Assembly (NCBI GenBank): GCA_965153455.1
Contig: OZ234493.1
Coordinates: 18,590,213-18,654,212 of the forward strand
DNA length: 64,000 nt
Reading direction: 5' to 3'
Source: Sphagnum compactum
Lineage: Eukaryota
Part shown: in pieces, positions 63,344 to 64,000 of the stretch
Layout of the letters: every line of letters starts with the position of its first letter
Numbering within the stretch: position 1 is the first letter of the stretch
Translations under genes and position numbers: made by a program
The notes under the pieces: generated by a model
Databases searched by the model: none
What the model was told of the DNA's origin: nothing
Seen by the model: the letters and a program-made list of their open reading frames with translations, nothing else

Positions 63344-63620
63344 TCAAATATCCATTTTTTTGAGAAAGATGGGTGTGTTCTCAAGGGCGATGACATCCCA
63401 CAGAGAGGCCCTTGTCAAGCAGTGCTCTTCCTCCTTGCTAAGAGTCACCACCTGTTTCTTCAAAATCAAGTCAGTTGGATGATGTGCACTCTCCATAGCC
63501 ATTGACATAAGGTGTTGGTTACAGTACTCACCAAAGATGGAGAACTCAAAACTTAAATTGTGGACACTCTTGAGCATTGCATCCAAGAGCTCTTTTGTTC
63601 CATGGGGCCAGATTAGCCTG
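63344..63620 (-). other. Possible coding exon or pseudogene fragment, function unknown
   Basis: About 90 open codons with gene-like GC and a possible CAG acceptor near 63618. No family recognised. Confidence 0.2.
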
Positions 63621-63794
63621 ATCACTCAGCAGCCTCTGCCTAATCCATCCTCTCCTCTCTGCTTAGAAGTATTCTGGTCTCTCTGGAGAGAGCTTTGTTA
63701 GTTCTGTCAATGATGCTTCTCCAACCATTGTTGCATTCCATTTTGCCTCTTCAAGCATTTTCAGCAGTGATGTGAAATGTTGGTTCCATTGGGA

Positions 63795-64000
63795 AAGTTT
63801 CTCAAGCTTTTTGTTCAGGATTGAGTCATTTGGCAAAGTTTCTTGGTCTTTTGTGTTTGGGACTCACTTGTTAAAGTTTCTCGAGCTTTTTGTACGAGAC
63901 TCATTTTGCAAATTTTTTGAAGTTTTTGTTCAGGAGTCATTTGGCAAATTTCTCCAACTTTTGTTCAGGACTTGTTTTTGCAAAGTTTCTCAAGCTTTTT
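63795..64000. repeat. About 39-bp tandem repeat running off the window edge
   Basis: aaagtttctc(a/g)agctttttgt(t/a)c...gagtcatttggc repeated about 5 times. Confidence 0.8.

Overview
This is AT-rich eukaryotic plant genomic DNA. Intron style and repeat families suggest a moss, probably Sphagnum-like (inference, not shown directly). Three intact intron-containing genes can be assembled exon by exon: a CRAL-TRIO/Sec14-like membrane protein (minus, 32310-34730), a WAV2/ABHD13-type alpha/beta hydrolase (minus, 53861-56649) and the RNA polymerase III repressor MAF1 (plus, 57738-62918). The hydrolase and MAF1 sit head-to-head about 1.1 kb apart. The remainder (about 1-30 kb and 35.5-53 kb) is decayed, nested transposon sequence: a TIR/TSD-bounded hAT element carrying a solo LTR and flanked by related MITEs, a non-autonomous CACTA inserted into a Harbinger-like remnant, chromoviral Ty3/Gypsy fragments, a TnpA-like remnant, MITEs and minisatellites. 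I found no rRNA, tRNA or CRISPR, and no convincing novel multi-gene system. The best leads are regulatory or structural: the divergent WAV2/MAF1 promoter with a perfect hairpin and telo-boxes, an overlapping uORF on MAF1, a GC-AG intron, an end-to-end hAT cluster, twin fixed-spacing inverted repeats at 11.5 kb, and an unexplained inverted repeat downstream of the Sec14 gene.
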